Positions 37,960 to 50,995 are shown, numbered from the whole stretch's first letter. The stretch is 63,988 nt of DNA, filler included, from Dugesia japonica (GCA_001938525.1; 6 parts of 6 records of this genome joined end to end with filler, not necessarily neighbours in it), one strand, 5' to 3'. Numbers and translations are program-made. Notes: generated by a model not told the origin, from the sequence alone.

Positions 37960-39060
37960 AGAATTATTTAAATTTTTAATTCTTTTGGACAACTTGAACA
38001 GGAAATTCTTCGAGAATGTGGATTTTGGGTGATTTTTCAAGAAATTTTATCGAAAAGTGCAAACTTGGTTGATTATTTACTCTTAAGGGTCAATTTTCTA
38101 TGATTTTGGGCAATAATTTCCTTGGGCTGGTCTGTTTGGGTTGAAGATTTTACGGAAATTTGTGGGAATTAGACAAATTTGTTTAAATATTTCAAATTTT
38201 TACGAGAATCCTGGCGAACTAATCAAATTTGAAACATTTTTGAAAAAACATTTTGTTGAGATTTTTACATCAATCTATTCAGAATGAACTCGGAAACATT
38301 TCTAGCTCGACTATAATTATAAACTAGTCTATTCAATAAAAAATTTTCCGCTGATCATGACTGATCTTATGAAATTAAGAAAAACAAGTGATTTTTACGA
38401 GAATTTTTAAAATTCTTTCTTTTTTAATCGTAAGGAAACAAACAATATTTGATAGAGATTTTTTCACCCAAAATCGTCAAACTAAATTTTGACTGAAAAA
38501 AATTGAAAAAACATGGTCAAAATTCTCGAAAATGCTTAACGAACAAAAATATAAAATTATTTTTTATAATTTTCATCCAAATTTAATGATCCAAGTACTA
38601 TTCAATGCAAAATTTACATTGGTCAAGAATATATACGGTTAAACTTCTCAAATAAAATTATTTTTGAAAAAAAATTAAATTGTGTAATTTTCAATAATTA
38701 ATTAAAAATAAAAATTATCTTAAATTTGATAATTAAACTATCTATTATATTATCTATATATTAGAGAACTTTGCGGTGATTAACAATATCATCACCTAAA
38801 ATCGTCAAACTTTATATGTGAAAAGTTATTTTGAAAAACAAGTACATACGTTTTGAGTTTACCCTGAGGAAATGATGAATTTTGGAAAGAGTTATTCAAA
38901 TTTGAACATCAAACCATCTATTCGATAGAGAATTTTACGCCGAATAAGAGAAATACAGTTAAAAATAAATAAACTTTATCCATAAAAAACTATTTAGAAA
39001 AAACAAACACTAAATATTGAAGTCTCCACCGAGGAACATAAAAAATAATGAAAAGAAATA
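37960..39060 (+). repeat. Complex dispersed repeat with internal subrepeats, homologous to 47700-48420
   Basis: Shared blocks ATCTATTCGATAGAGAATTTT..GCTGATCA, CTAAAATCGTCAAA, GAAAAACAAGTAC and CCGAGGAACATAAAAAAT. Confidence 0.65.
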
Positions 39061-39224
39061 TATTACAAAATAAAAAAGATAACAAAATTTTTGAAACTTA
39101 AATTTATTTAAGAAATCTGATTTTTGACTATTTCTTCGATTGTAGCTTTGTTTGAAAATACTGAAAAAAATAATTAAGGCAAAAACATTAATTGTTACCT
39201 TTGATATGATTCTGAGTCGTCTTT

Positions 39225-40290
39225 ATTAAAGGGTGGTATTTTACAATGCCAATATGGTAGACTTATATTTTTATCTATCCATACTCGTTTGTCGTCTGTG
39301 TTTGTGAATGCAATTTCAAGTCCATTAGAACTAAATATTTGATGGTCTTTACTAAATGTTCTAAGTTGATTAACTGAGACATTTTGATTATTATTAAAAA
39401 ATCAAGGTATAACTGATGATTTATGTCAGTAACTTTTAATTTTACTCATTTTGCTTTCATAGACGTTTTTTGCTTAGGAGACTGTAACCTTTTAGTCTCA
39501 GAAAAACCTATTCCTTATCTTATTTCCCTTATTTTCATCCTTAAAATTTCCTACTACAAAATTCAAATTATCGCAATAAAGTGAATGTGTGTTACAATAG
39601 TTCGAAGTGTCAAGCAGATTATCTCTCACCATCAAACTCAATAATTTATCTAATTTAAAGTCCTTAATTTCAAGAAAGAAACTATTTGTATCACCTGCAC
39701 CAATATTTATACTTTTTTAATTCATTATATTGTAATCGATACATCCTGAGTTGAGACAAATCTAGCAAGGATTATCCAATATAACACGGACGATTCAAGC
39801 AAACAATTTCCTTATTAAGCTAAAAAACAATCAAGGACTTATCAATTTCAAAGATTTTCCTAAAACTCGATTTTGAAGTATAAGACACCAACGTTTTAGC
39901 AGAGTTATAGAGACCGAAATTCATTCTCTTTTTAAGATTTTCAACTGTCTTTTCGTAAAGACTATTATTAATTAACTTATAATAATTTTTATCTAACTCA
40001 TTTTTACTTTCTCATCTTAATGCAGTGTTTTCATCTACATAAGCGTCAAAGAAATAATCTTAGTCGAATTTTACAGCCCTTCTAATTTAAGTTACTTCAA
40101 CTCCTATTTGTAAATACAATTGAAGGAATCTTTGGGCTTAAAGCTCAAACACACAAATTATTTATATATAGTCTAAACGATTCTTACTGTCACAAAATCC
40201 CCACATCTCAACAGCTTTCAAATAGTTTTCCTCAGGAACTCTATATCAAATAAAGTTGAGTTTTCTCTAAAGCTTCTAAACTTGTTGCAA
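39225..40290 (-). pseudogene. Polinton protein-primed PolB fragment (palm to C-terminus)
   Basis: ENYLKAVEMW; LQLYLQIGVEVT*IRRAVKF; YYKL.NNSLYEKTVEN (motif B); LNRPCYIG*SLLDLS; GDTNSFF (motif C); KDENKG; SKDHQI...TDDKRVWIDKNISLPYWH. Confidence 0.85.
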
Positions 40291-40419
40291 AATTATAAAG
40301 AAACTTTTCTATAAATAAAACATATTAGTTATGAAATTTTTCTATAGAAAACATATTACTAGAAAATATTTGTTGTAAACAAAAGTTTTAATTTGAATAT
40401 TTATTCTTGTAAACATCAT

Positions 40420-41670
40420 AAAGAACCCTCTTTGAAGTTTTTTGATAGATATGTTTTATCATTTAAATATTCCAAAAACTCTCCTCTTTGAAGTTTTTTG
40501 ATAGATATATTTTAATAAATGCAACTCAGATGAAACACAGCTGCAACACACATACACTGAAAATCACGTGCCTGGAAATTTTTTATTAATAAATGCAATA
40601 GGATGCAGCCCAGATGTAACTCAGATGCAACACACATATACTGAAAATCACGTGCTTGGGAATTTTTAATAATGTTTTTAATTTCCCGCCAAAAAGAAAT
40701 TTTTAAAACTCAACATAGCCATCATTTTGAATTTTAAAAACTCAACATGGTAGCCATTTTTTTAATATATGCTACTCACATGCAATTCAGATACAATACA
40801 CATACAATGAAAATCACGTGTCTAGGATTTGTTTATTGATTTTTTTAATAAATGCAATAGGTATGCAACTCAAAAGCAACTCGGATGCAACACAGATTCA
40901 ATGAAAATCACGTGTCTATGTTTTTAAGACTGTCCTATCCCTTGAAAAATATTGAGTCTGCCCCATACCAAGCTAAATATAGAGACTCTCCATGCAAAAT
41001 ACCAAGTCTGTCTCATACCATGCATAAATATAGAGACTGCCCATACCATATAAAATATCAAGACTGCCCGATATCTTGTAATAATATAGAGAATTATCGA
41101 TATCTTGTAATAATATCTTACACAATATCAAGACTGCCCATACTATGTCAAATAAAGAGACTCCCCATATAATATATAAAATTGTCCATACCATGCAACT
41201 CATACGACTGTGCCAGTGCGCTGCCACACGTCTAGTGAAAACCATCCATCTCACTTCATAAGTCCTTTAGACAATGTATAGACTAAATTTTTGTCCAATC
41301 ACAACCAAATCTTAAAAACTCGATAAAAATTATTTCCAAGATCTCCAGCTCTCCCTAGAGTCCAAATTCATTCTTTCACATACACACACATACACACAAA
41401 CTCAACTTGACCTACTTTAAAAAAACCCCTGAGCAACACAAACACACACAAATTTTAAAATTTATAAATACACAGACACTCAGGATAAAAAAAATAATCC
41501 TATCAAAAACAAAATGATCCATTTAAAAAATTTTTGATCCCATAAATCTTAAAAAAAAACTAACACAAAAATACTGGCACTAAACTTATGGCACAATCGT
41601 AATGCGTTTCCTGAGACCCCCTCCGAATTGTGCTAAACAAATTGTGCCAGTGCGCTACTATCTACCTACT
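40420..41670 (-). repeat. Long terminal-repeat segment with internal tandem arrays, terminus AGTAGGTAGATAG (probable Polinton TIR)
   Basis: The reverse complement matches 63179-63988 (terminus, GAAACxCATTACG, AAGATTT.TGGGATCAAAA, and GCAGTCTTGATAT/ATATTATTACAAGATAT subrepeats). It lies just 5' of the pPolB remnant. There is an extra ~90-bp CACGTG-containing array at 40510-40920. Confidence 0.6.
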
Positions 41671-41671
41671 C

Positions 41672-41930
41672 ACTATATATGTGACTCTTAAAAGATTAAT
41701 GAAGAAACATAAAGATTTTATACTAAAGAGTGAAAAAATGCTAGAAGACCAAATAAAAAATAGAGAAAAATAAACTAAAATGTGGAGAAATATTGAAAAT
41801 ATGACGAAATATGGAGAAATAGAGAAAATATTGCTAAATAGGGGAAAATTAGGGTAAATAGAATTAAATTGAGGAATATTAAGAAAAAGTGACAAAAAGT
41901 GAATAAATTTAGCATAATAAGTGACCATAT
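41672..41930 (+). repeat. A/G-rich repeat, short copy of the 50050-50995 element
   Basis: Shared start (T.AAAGATTA.TGAAG), AAATAGAGAAAATAT.GCTAAATAGGG block and ATAATAAGTGAC end. Confidence 0.55.
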
Positions 41931-41937
41931 GTATATT

Positions 41938-42133
41938 AGTTAGATAGGTCAGCATGACCCAACTTTTTTGATTGGTCAATTCAAGCCCGCCCACCCCCCG
42001 CCAATTGATGTATTAATTTTTGATTTGATTGATTTTCGATGTGCTTGTTTGTTTAGAGTGCATAAGGAGAAGCAGGGATGGAAGGGATCAATTGACCAAT
42101 CAAAAATGTTAGAGCATGCTGACCTATCTACCC
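41938..42133. mobile_element. MITE with ~50-bp TIRs and a 6-bp TSD (TATATT)
   Basis: Left AGTTAGATAGGTCAGCATGACCCAACTTTTTTGATTGGTCAATT; right reverse complement GGGTAGATAGGTCAGCATGCTCTAACATTTTTGATTGGTCAATT; TATATT on both flanks. Confidence 0.8.
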
Positions 42134-42991
42134 TATATTTAGTATTTGTTTTAATTAAGATGTAAATTCTGGTGGATTTTCAAATTTAATTTTAAAGTAT
42201 ATTTTGTGGGAATTTTAAATATATTTTTCGACGGAAATTTAAAATTTTGTTTTATTTTTTCTTATTTTTACTTTTTTTTGTTTTTAGATTTCGATGATGG
42301 ATTTGAATGGTGCTTGAGGTTGTCTATAAAACGTGATGGGTAACTATAATCTAACATGTTCCTAAGAATTACAGGGATGAGTTATCGTGTTTTGTTTAAA
42401 AAATAGTCTGGTGTTGTGAGTTGTTATGGGACTTTTATGTGTCTAAGTATATATTGAAAAACAACAATCGCGTCACTTTGTGTTTGTTTTTTACGATTTT
42501 TGAGTTTTGATGGGGAATTTTCCTTGGCCCTCAAAATCGGTCTATAGGTTGCCAGATGTAATTATGGGCTAAAATGCTCCTGAGTAAATTAATTCATTAT
42601 TACCTTTAATTAGTTTTCATTTTCAATTCTATTTTGTTTACTTTTTCGGTGGTAATCACGATAATTAATTTATGTCTTTAGATCAATTATGCATTATATT
42701 TTTATAAATGTAATGAACAATTAATCATTGTCGTAATACAGTGAAAATTTGGAACAACAATGAATCATCAACTAAACATGAAATATTTTTTAATCTTTCT
42801 AATATCATCGAATCAAGGTTTTATATAAGAGACCTTTATGGATATAGACACTTTATTAACAGTTGTTCATTGAAACGCTATTCAAGACCAAAACTAATTT
42901 TTAAAAATAAAACATTTATATAAGAAACATTATCTATGTGAGATGGATTTTGATGAATCGTTAAGTTCTAAAAGTTAAAATAAACCCTTTG

Positions 42992-43930
42992 TTTTACAAT
43001 TGCAATTATTGCGTAAATAACGTAACTAACGACGGAACCATTGATCGTTTTTCAGAATTCATTAAAATAAAAGCTTCGATCATAATTTGTTTTTTTTAGT
43101 TTTTGATAAATATTCTATATTTCGACTTTGTTTTCTTCAGGAGTTGACTTTTTGATTCATTCAACATTTATTTTTACAATAGCAATTTTATTATAATTAA
43201 TTTATTTTTACTAAATTTTAATTTTTCTTAAATTTAATTATTTAATTATTATAAATTGTATTGATTTTAGGATTGTTTTGTTTAACCAGTAGTTCTTCAT
43301 GTTTTTTTCTATGAAGTGTAGAAATGTAGTTTGTTCCTTGTGTATTCCATGTAAGGTGATGTTGTTCTGGTGAAATTTTATGTTTGTGTTTAAAGTGTTT
43401 GAATACTTCACTTTCTTTTTGTTTCAAATNNNNNNNNNNNNNNNNNNNNNNNNNNNNNNNNNNNNNNNNNNNNNNNNNNNNNNNNNNNNNNNNNNNNNNN
43501 NNNNNNNNNTTATAAGTGACATTTTTCTTATTGCATGTATTTCTACCATCACAAATGCATTTGGGACCACAAAGATTTTGTCTTGGTTACTGTAATTAGA
43601 TACCCAAAGGTACTTGTGTTTTGAAATTAATTCTTGGATTGTGTTGGACTTTAGCATTTTTTATTATATTCTGCATGATTTGGCTACATTTCTCATTAAT
43701 AAAGGGTAATTTAATAACTGTGTTTGTTTTAGGTTTGATTTTATTTTGTTTTGTATTCAAAGATAAATATTTCGAAATAATTTTATTTGGATAGCCATTA
43801 TTTAAAAATTTATTTTTTATCAACTTGAAAGAGATCAATTTCATTTCTTCATTTGAAGATAGTCATTTAGCTCGAATTCTCTCACCTTTAAATATACCAA
43901 TATTTTGGCTGATGGTTCTTGAGATAGATA
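42992..43930 (-). mobile_element. Penelope-like retroelement, 5'-truncated (RT thumb, Cys-rich linker, GIY-YIG end, hammerhead-like pLTR)
   Basis: IFKGERIRAK*LSS...FLNNGYPNKII...IKLPFI...CGPKCICDGRNTCNKKNVTY [gap] SEVFKHFKHKH...HRKKHEELLVKQNNPKIN; degenerate hammerhead CTGAAGA-AAACAAAGTC-GAAA at about 43115-43145; ends in the ~100-bp tail repeat. Confidence 0.85.
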
Positions 43931-45036
43931 TTTTTAATAGTATTGACATCCGAAATGATTGGTCTCACATTGATTACACTCATAATAATACACAGTAATT
44001 ATATAAATCATACAAATAATACATCGTAACTGTTAGTAATAAAACTGCTGCACGGTTACTATTTAAATAATACATCATAACTATAAGATATTTTTTTGAA
44101 AGAACAGATTTAAAATTTTTAGTCTTTAAAAAAGGAATTTAGTAAAATCAAAAGTATATTTAAAATTATATCAAGAAAATAAACTATGAAAGAAATTACT
44201 AAAATTTAAATTATTGAATATTAAATTTCTTCGTAACGTATTTTTTTAAAAATTAAATATAANNNNNNNNNNNNNNNNNNNNNNNNNNNNNNNNNNNNNN
44301 NNNNNNNNNNNNAAAATTTAAATTATTGAATATTAAATTTCTTCGTAACGTATTTTTTTAAAAATTAAATATAATTTTAAAGCAAAAAAAATATAAAATG
44401 AAATGAACAAAAGATTTTTATTTAATATATTTTTTAAAAAAAATCAAATATAATTTGAATATAAAAATATAATATTAAATTCATATTGAAACGTATTTGT
44501 TTTAAAAATTAGATATAAATTAAAACAAATAAAATATAAAATGAATTGAACTAAAGATTTTTATTTAATATATTTTTTTCAAATAAAATATAATTTAAAT
44601 ATATAAAATATAAATTTAAATATTTGATTTTTCCGTTTTTCAAAAATAGATTTTTAAATTTGTTTGTTTAATTAACTAATGATGATAGAGTTTTGATTTT
44701 AATAAAGTGTTGTAATGAATTCGAATTTTACTAAACTCAACTAACAATAACTATGTAAATCATACAAATATTACATTGTTACTATGTAAATATTTCAACT
44801 AAAAATTTTAATTTCTTGATTTAGGCACCCTGGATAATAATTATAATCTTATGGTAATATGATTTAAATAACTTTTTATTTATATTTTATTTAGGTCCTT
44901 GAATTTTCAATTAAAATTCATCATAAATGTAATTATGAAATTAAATAGTAAATTTATTTATTGATTTTATAATTTCATATTATAATAATTTCATTTATAA
45001 TGTATAAAAAATTATATGATATTAAAAATTTTCAAA

Positions 45037-45180
45037 TAAAAAATAAATAAGCTCACCATTTTTAATTTAAATAAAATTATGGTAATATGAAATTAATCAA
45101 TCAATTTATTTATTGGTTGTTTAATTTCATATTACCATAATTGTATTTAAATTAAAAATGTTGAGCTTATTTATTTTTTA
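45037..45180. repeat. Near-perfect 144-bp palindrome
   Basis: Arms of about 69 bp (AAATAAATAAGCTCA...ATTATGGTAATATGAAATTAA / TTAATTTCATATTACCATAAT...TGAGCTTATTTATTT) around a loop of about 6 nt. Confidence 0.85.
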
Positions 45181-45393
45181 TGTTTAATTTTTTCAAGTTA
45201 AATTTTATGACATTTTTTAAGTAGATTTTTTTAAAAAGTTAATTTTATGTTAATTGTATTGAAATGTAGATAAATTTATTAATAGATAGTTAAAGGCTCC
45301 ATTAATATAACTGCTACTGAAAATGCACATTCCGAATCGAGCTTCGCATAGTTAAAACTATGCAAACTGTTCGATAAGTTCAATTATGAACGA

Positions 45394-45767
45394 TGTTGCG
45401 TAATCAATTCTCCCGTAGAAGAAGAGTAAGAGAAAACCATTTAATATGAAAGAATAAAGAAGAAACATATTACCAATCGTTATAGAAATTAAATGGTAAT
45501 ATTAATATTCCTCTACTCTTTACTGGTATTCCCTTAAACAAACTGATATTCTTTCACTCTTTCTCTTCAAAGAAGCTTCTATATTACTATCTAAAATGTT
45601 CTTTAATAATAATATTTTCTTATGTTCCCTAAACTGCGCTATATGACTCGAATGCAAATTATAGAAATTTAAATATGTACCTATATCTATAGTCCTACAT
45701 GTAAGGCAAATATAAAAATAAGTATAAACAGAAAAGAGGAAAAAGTAAAATAAAATCTTCGGCAACA
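45394..45767. mobile_element. Possible solo LTR
   Basis: TGTTGC...GCAACA terminal inverted hexamers, 374 bp; no TSD found. Confidence 0.35.
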
Positions 45768-46059
45768 TTTTTCTAGACTTAAAACGAATTTTTTAGAATT
45801 TTTAGAGTTTTAAAAATTCAAGAATACGATAAATTCATCAAGAAAGAGCTGGGAATAAGGTTTAAAAATTAAAGTTTTTAGAGTTTTTGACTTTTTAGAA
45901 AATATTTCTCTAATATTTACTGAAAAAATGACTGAAAAAATGTTTTTATTTTTTAGAAAGTTTACTATTTTATTTATAATTTTCTAATTTAAAAGTAAAT
46001 TAGTTTTAATATTTTTTTCAACAATTTTCTGATAGAATATAATTGATAACATCTGCTTG

Positions 46060-48420
46060 ACTAAGAAGATAGATAGTGGGGGTTATAGCCGGCACACATT
46101 CAGTAACCTCCCCCCACCAGATTAGTGATGTAATGAAACATAATCCTAATGCATTTAGTTGGGAAGTTTAAAAATGATATCATATTAGGTAATATTACGA
46201 AATGGGATTAAGTGACTATGGATTTTCCCTGTATATTTAGTTGGGAAATTTTTTACACACAACTTATGTAATAAGATTAATTTCATCGTCGAAATTTTTA
46301 CGTAATAGGATTAAGTGGCTATACATTTTCCTGTAGTTTTAGTTGGGAAAGTTTTTCAAGCTTTTTAAGTGGTAATATTTTTAGGCTTTTTAGTTAGGAA
46401 TTGATTCGGTGAGGTCGAATGAAGTCAATTTTTGATTGGTTTTAGGTGGGTTTTTTTTAAAATTTATTCGGTGAGGTCGAATAAGGTCAATTTGTTGGTT
46501 AATATAGGTTAATTTAGTCGAATATTTCATCAGGAATGGTTAATTTGGTTCGTTTTTGGGCAATTAAGTAAATTTTTGGTAGGTTCAGGTTAATTTGGTT
46601 CGTTTTTTGGATGATTCGGTCAATTATTTCCTCAGGATTTGTCAGTTTGGGCAAATTTTGTCGGTTTTAGGTAATTTTTGAACTATTTGGTTAGGAATTT
46701 ACTCGGTGAGGTCAAATAATGTCGATTTTTGATTGGTTCAGATGGATTTGGTCCAATATTTCCTCGGAAATGAATAGATTGGGCAAACTTAGTTGAGTTT
46801 AGGTAATTTATGGGTAATTTGTTCGAATATTTCTTCGGGAAAGGTTAATTTGGTCAACATTTTGGTGATTTAGGTGAAATTGGTTGAAAATTTCATCGGT
46901 GAGGTTGAATAAGGTCAATCTTTGGGTGATTTAGTTGAAATTGGTCGAATATTTCCTTTGGATTGGTAATTTATATGTAATTTGTTCGAATATTTCTTCG
47001 GGAAATGTTAATTTGGTCAAGTTTTGGGTGATTTAGGTGAAGTTGGTTGAAAATTTCCTAAGTGAGGTTAAATGAGGTCAATTTTTTAATGGTTCAGGGT
47101 TATTTGGTCCAAGAATTCCTGGAGATTGCGTAGTTTGGGTAATTTTTGGCTGAATTGATCGAATATTTTCATAAGATTGGTCATTTTGGGTCAGGTTTTA
47201 ACAATTTAGTCAATTATTTACTCGATTTAGCTAATATTGGTCAAATCTTTCATCGGTTAGGTCAAATCTGGGCAAACTTAGTAGGTTTTAGGTTAAGTTT
47301 ATCAAATGTTTCCTCGTGATTGGTCAGTTTGGATAGCTTTCAGGAGATTCAGTCAAAGTTTTCATCGATTTGGTTGAATTTGGTTTATTTTTTGGCGATT
47401 TGGTCAATTATTTACTCTGTATGGACAAACTTGGTTAATTATTTGTTCACAAGGGTAATTTTTAGGTGAATTTAGTCAATTCTTTCCTCAGGAATTGTTA
47501 ATTTGTATTAATTTTGGACAATTTGGTTAATTATTTACCCGGTTTAGGTAATATTGTTCAAATCTTTCTCACATTATTCTGTTTTTTCTCAGTTTTGGAC
47601 GATTTGGTTAATTATTTCCTCACAAGAGTAAGTTTTAGTTGAATTTGAATGATAATTTTCTCGGTTTAGCCAGTTTCGATTGAATGTTAAGAAACTTCAT
47701 GTGAAAAATTGAATTTGTTTAAATTTAAAAGTTTTTAAAAATTTTTTATGTGAATGTTTTTTATGAATTCGGGTAAACCGTTCATGTTGTTTAAATAATA
47801 TGAAAATTTAAAATTTTTCATATAAAATTTTTATGGGAGTCTGGGTGAACCTGCTAAAATTTTGAATAAATATGTTCTATATCTCAGATTTCAAAGAATT
47901 CTTTACCAAACTGCTGAGAATTTTACGGCAATCATTTTAGACAAATAAAAATTTTTCGAAAATATTTTCCTTTCTAAATATGTTTATTCGATAGAGAAAG
48001 TTTTGCTGATTCCCAATATATTAAGCTAAAATCGCCAAAGTTAATACTCATGAAATAAATAAATGGCATAAATGGAGTTTTGTGATGAAAAAAACTCAAA
48101 TTTTGAATTTTTGTACTCAATTTTCAAATTTGGTATTATTTTACTCATGAGAAAAAGTGACTATGCAAAATTGAAATTATCGTCTCGGGAAAAATGCTTC
48201 TTAACGAATATGTACAGCCGTCTTCGCAAATTCAGTAAATCGTTTCGAAAATATCAAAAGTATCTCAAAGTCTATAATAAAATCATCTATTCGATATAGA
48301 ATTTTTCGCTGATCAAGAATAACATCCTCTAAAATCATCAAATCTTATAAATAACAGTAATATTGAAAAAACAAGTACTTAATTTGGGAGTCCCCGAGGA
48401 ACATAAAAAATATGATAATT
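46060..48420 (+). repeat. G/T-skewed degenerate tandem array plus subrepeat block (foldback/long-TIR-like element)
   Basis: About 1.5 kb of diverged ~20-nt units (TTTGGTC.AATATTTCCTCGG, TCGGTGAGGTCGAAT, TTAGTTGGGAAA), followed by blocks shared with 37960-39060. Confidence 0.6.
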
Positions 48421-49199
48421 TATTCGGTAGGTCAATTGTGGGTAGTTTTATATATGAATTTAGATGAAATTTTATTCTTCATCTGTTCTCAATTATCAGT
48501 TCTCTGATTACAGTATACTGATTTTTATTTATCAATGATTTTCTCACTGTTTGCAGGTAATTGCTCTTCACTAGTGGTAAATGTACTGTTTAATTAGTAT
48601 TTAATTATTTATCCTGTTCTATATTTTTACTTGTAATNNNNNNNNNNNNNNNNNNNNNNNNNNNNNNNNNNNNNNNNNNNNNNNNNNCTTCACTAGTGGT
48701 AAATGTACTGTTTAATTAGTATTTAATTATTTATCCTGTTCTATATTTTTACTTGTAATTTAAAATTAAAATGTATCCGTGTATTTTTAAAAAACTGTTC
48801 TATTTTTATCGTAAAAATCTAATTAAAATTTAATTTATAATATGAATTTTTATTACGATTGAATCAACGAAATTCTTTGTAACTATTTATTGAAAAAATT
48901 GCAAAGAATATTGATTGAATAAATTAAGTATGATGAATGGATTAATTTTCAATGTGTAATTTAATTAAAACTATGCTTGTGTTGGTAAATTGAATTATGT
49001 TTTTAATACATTTTAAAAGGTAATTTTGTCAGTATTAGAATCAATAATTTTCATTTATTCATTTCCTTGAGTAATATTAGAATGTCAAGTGAGTGGCATT
49101 CTTACACTTGTACTGGACACTTACTTTGTATGTAATGCAACATATTATTCATTCATCTTGCATATTACATGTAAATTTCATAAAATGTTTTAATACTTC

Positions 49200-49465
49200 T
49201 ATACAATTTCATTAAATTTTTATCGACTGCTGTGCAATTTCAGAAAATATTTATCGACTACTATGTAATTTCATAAAATAATTTGGAGACTTCTATGCAA
49301 TAATTGAATTACTTTACTATTCTTTTACATATTATTTTGAAATACTTATCGACTACTGTACAATTTCAGATTAAGTTTATAGACTACTGTGCAATTTCAT
49401 AAAATATTTATAGACTACTATTAAATTTCAGATAATTTTTATCGACTACTGTGCAATTTCAGATT
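49200..49465. repeat. ~31-bp minisatellite
   Basis: About 8 copies of TATCGACTACTGTGCAATTTCAGAAAATATT with no unique spacers. Confidence 0.85.
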
Positions 49466-50049
49466 AAATCTCATGAGCTTTAGAAAATTTGATCCTTCTC
49501 ACTCTTGTACTTACTTATAATTTTTTCAAACTTAACACAAGGAAACTTACTGAGAATAAAACGAAATCTAGTTTAAATAAGAAATAATTGAATAAGTATT
49601 ACTTGTTTGTCCCTGTTTTAATCTAAGTGGTGAAAATATCAACGTATCCTAATTTAATGTATTTGAAATATCTAGTTTAAGAGTCTTATATTCAATAATA
49701 AAACTAATATTTCCGTGATAAAACCAATGTTTCCTTTATAAACCCGATGTTTTTAATGATGAAACTATAACTAATATTTTCATAGATGAGATCAATTTTT
49801 CTAATGAAAAGATCAGTACTTTCTATGTTGAACAATGTATCAACAATATTCTTTAACAATGCATCTGGATATTGGGTATTTAAAAGAAAAGATAAAACCA
49901 TAAAACCAAAGAGCAAGCAAGGTTGCCAATGGACAAGCAAAGAAGTTGAAGTATAATAGGATTATTGACATATACTGAAATAGTTATATTATTTTAAATA
50001 AAATTCATAACATACTAGATCTCACTCAGTCTTTTTGTCTTCTTTTATT

Positions 50050-50995
50050 AATATATGACACTTTTTAAAGATTATTGAAGTGAGATCTATGAAAATATAA
50101 TAGAAAATAGAGAAAATATAGCTAAATAGGGTAAATATAGATAAATATAGCTAAATAGTGGTAAATGACGGGAAATGGTGGAAAATAAGGGGAAATATAG
50201 CTAAATATGGATAAATAGGAATAAATTAGGCAAATACGAGTAAATGAATAAATTATGGCAAAATATGGTAAAACTTGACAAATCGTGTATAAATTAAACA
50301 TACTAAATGACTGTATAGAATATTAAATATTTTCTATGACCAAAATCATATTTTCTAATCATAATACTTGTATTTTCTATGATAAGTCCATTATTTTCTA
50401 ATAGTGAAACTCGTGTTTTCATTAACGAAACTGAATAATAATGTACAAGTTATAGTCAAAAGATTGATTTTATTGATTGATAATTTGGTATTTGGCAAGC
50501 AAAGATGAATGCAAATAGTGAAGGATTTAATTGAAAAGAATACCTATATTTCACAAGATAGAACTATTATTTTCATGTTAAAACCTATATTGATATGAAA
50601 TTGTAATGGACTTAATTTTTTATCCAATAAAATAAACCATGAGTCATTATTACCATTTGAAACGTATTACAAAAATATAAAGAAAATGTGGGTAAATCCT
50701 GTAAAATATGAGAAAATCAGCAAAATAGACCAACATAGTGTGGATGGAGACAAAGCTAGGTTAATAGGATTAAAAAATGGCAAAACAATGTGAATTACGG
50801 TAAACAGGGTGATAAAGGGTTGAAACAGGGTTAAAATCTGGAAAAAACAGGATAAATATATATAAATTTATGGAAAATAGGGTGAAATAGGGTAAATTAG
50901 GCAAATTATTGGAAAATCCGGAAAAATTATTCAAAAACAGGTTAAAATAAAGAAAGTAAGAGATAACCATTTAAACTTTAATATAATAAGTGACT
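50050..50995 (+). repeat. A/G-rich ~10-nt-periodic repeat element
   Basis: Runs of AAATAGGGT/AAATATAGCT/AAACAGGGT units; homologous to 41672-41930. Confidence 0.55.

Noticed and set aside
40885-42165. ORFs 40885, 40973, 41662 and 41968
   Set aside because: They lie within tandem arrays or a MITE; the repetitive translations have no protein motifs.
44200-44373. Direct duplications flanking N gaps (also 48567-48758 and parts of 61853-62590)
   Set aside because: Identical sequence on both sides of a gap is typical of unmerged contig overlaps.
49200-49465. CRISPR-like appearance of 31-40-bp repeats (also 40510-41200 and 63678-63870)
   Set aside because: Head-to-tail tandem units without unique spacers, no cas genes, and a eukaryotic context.
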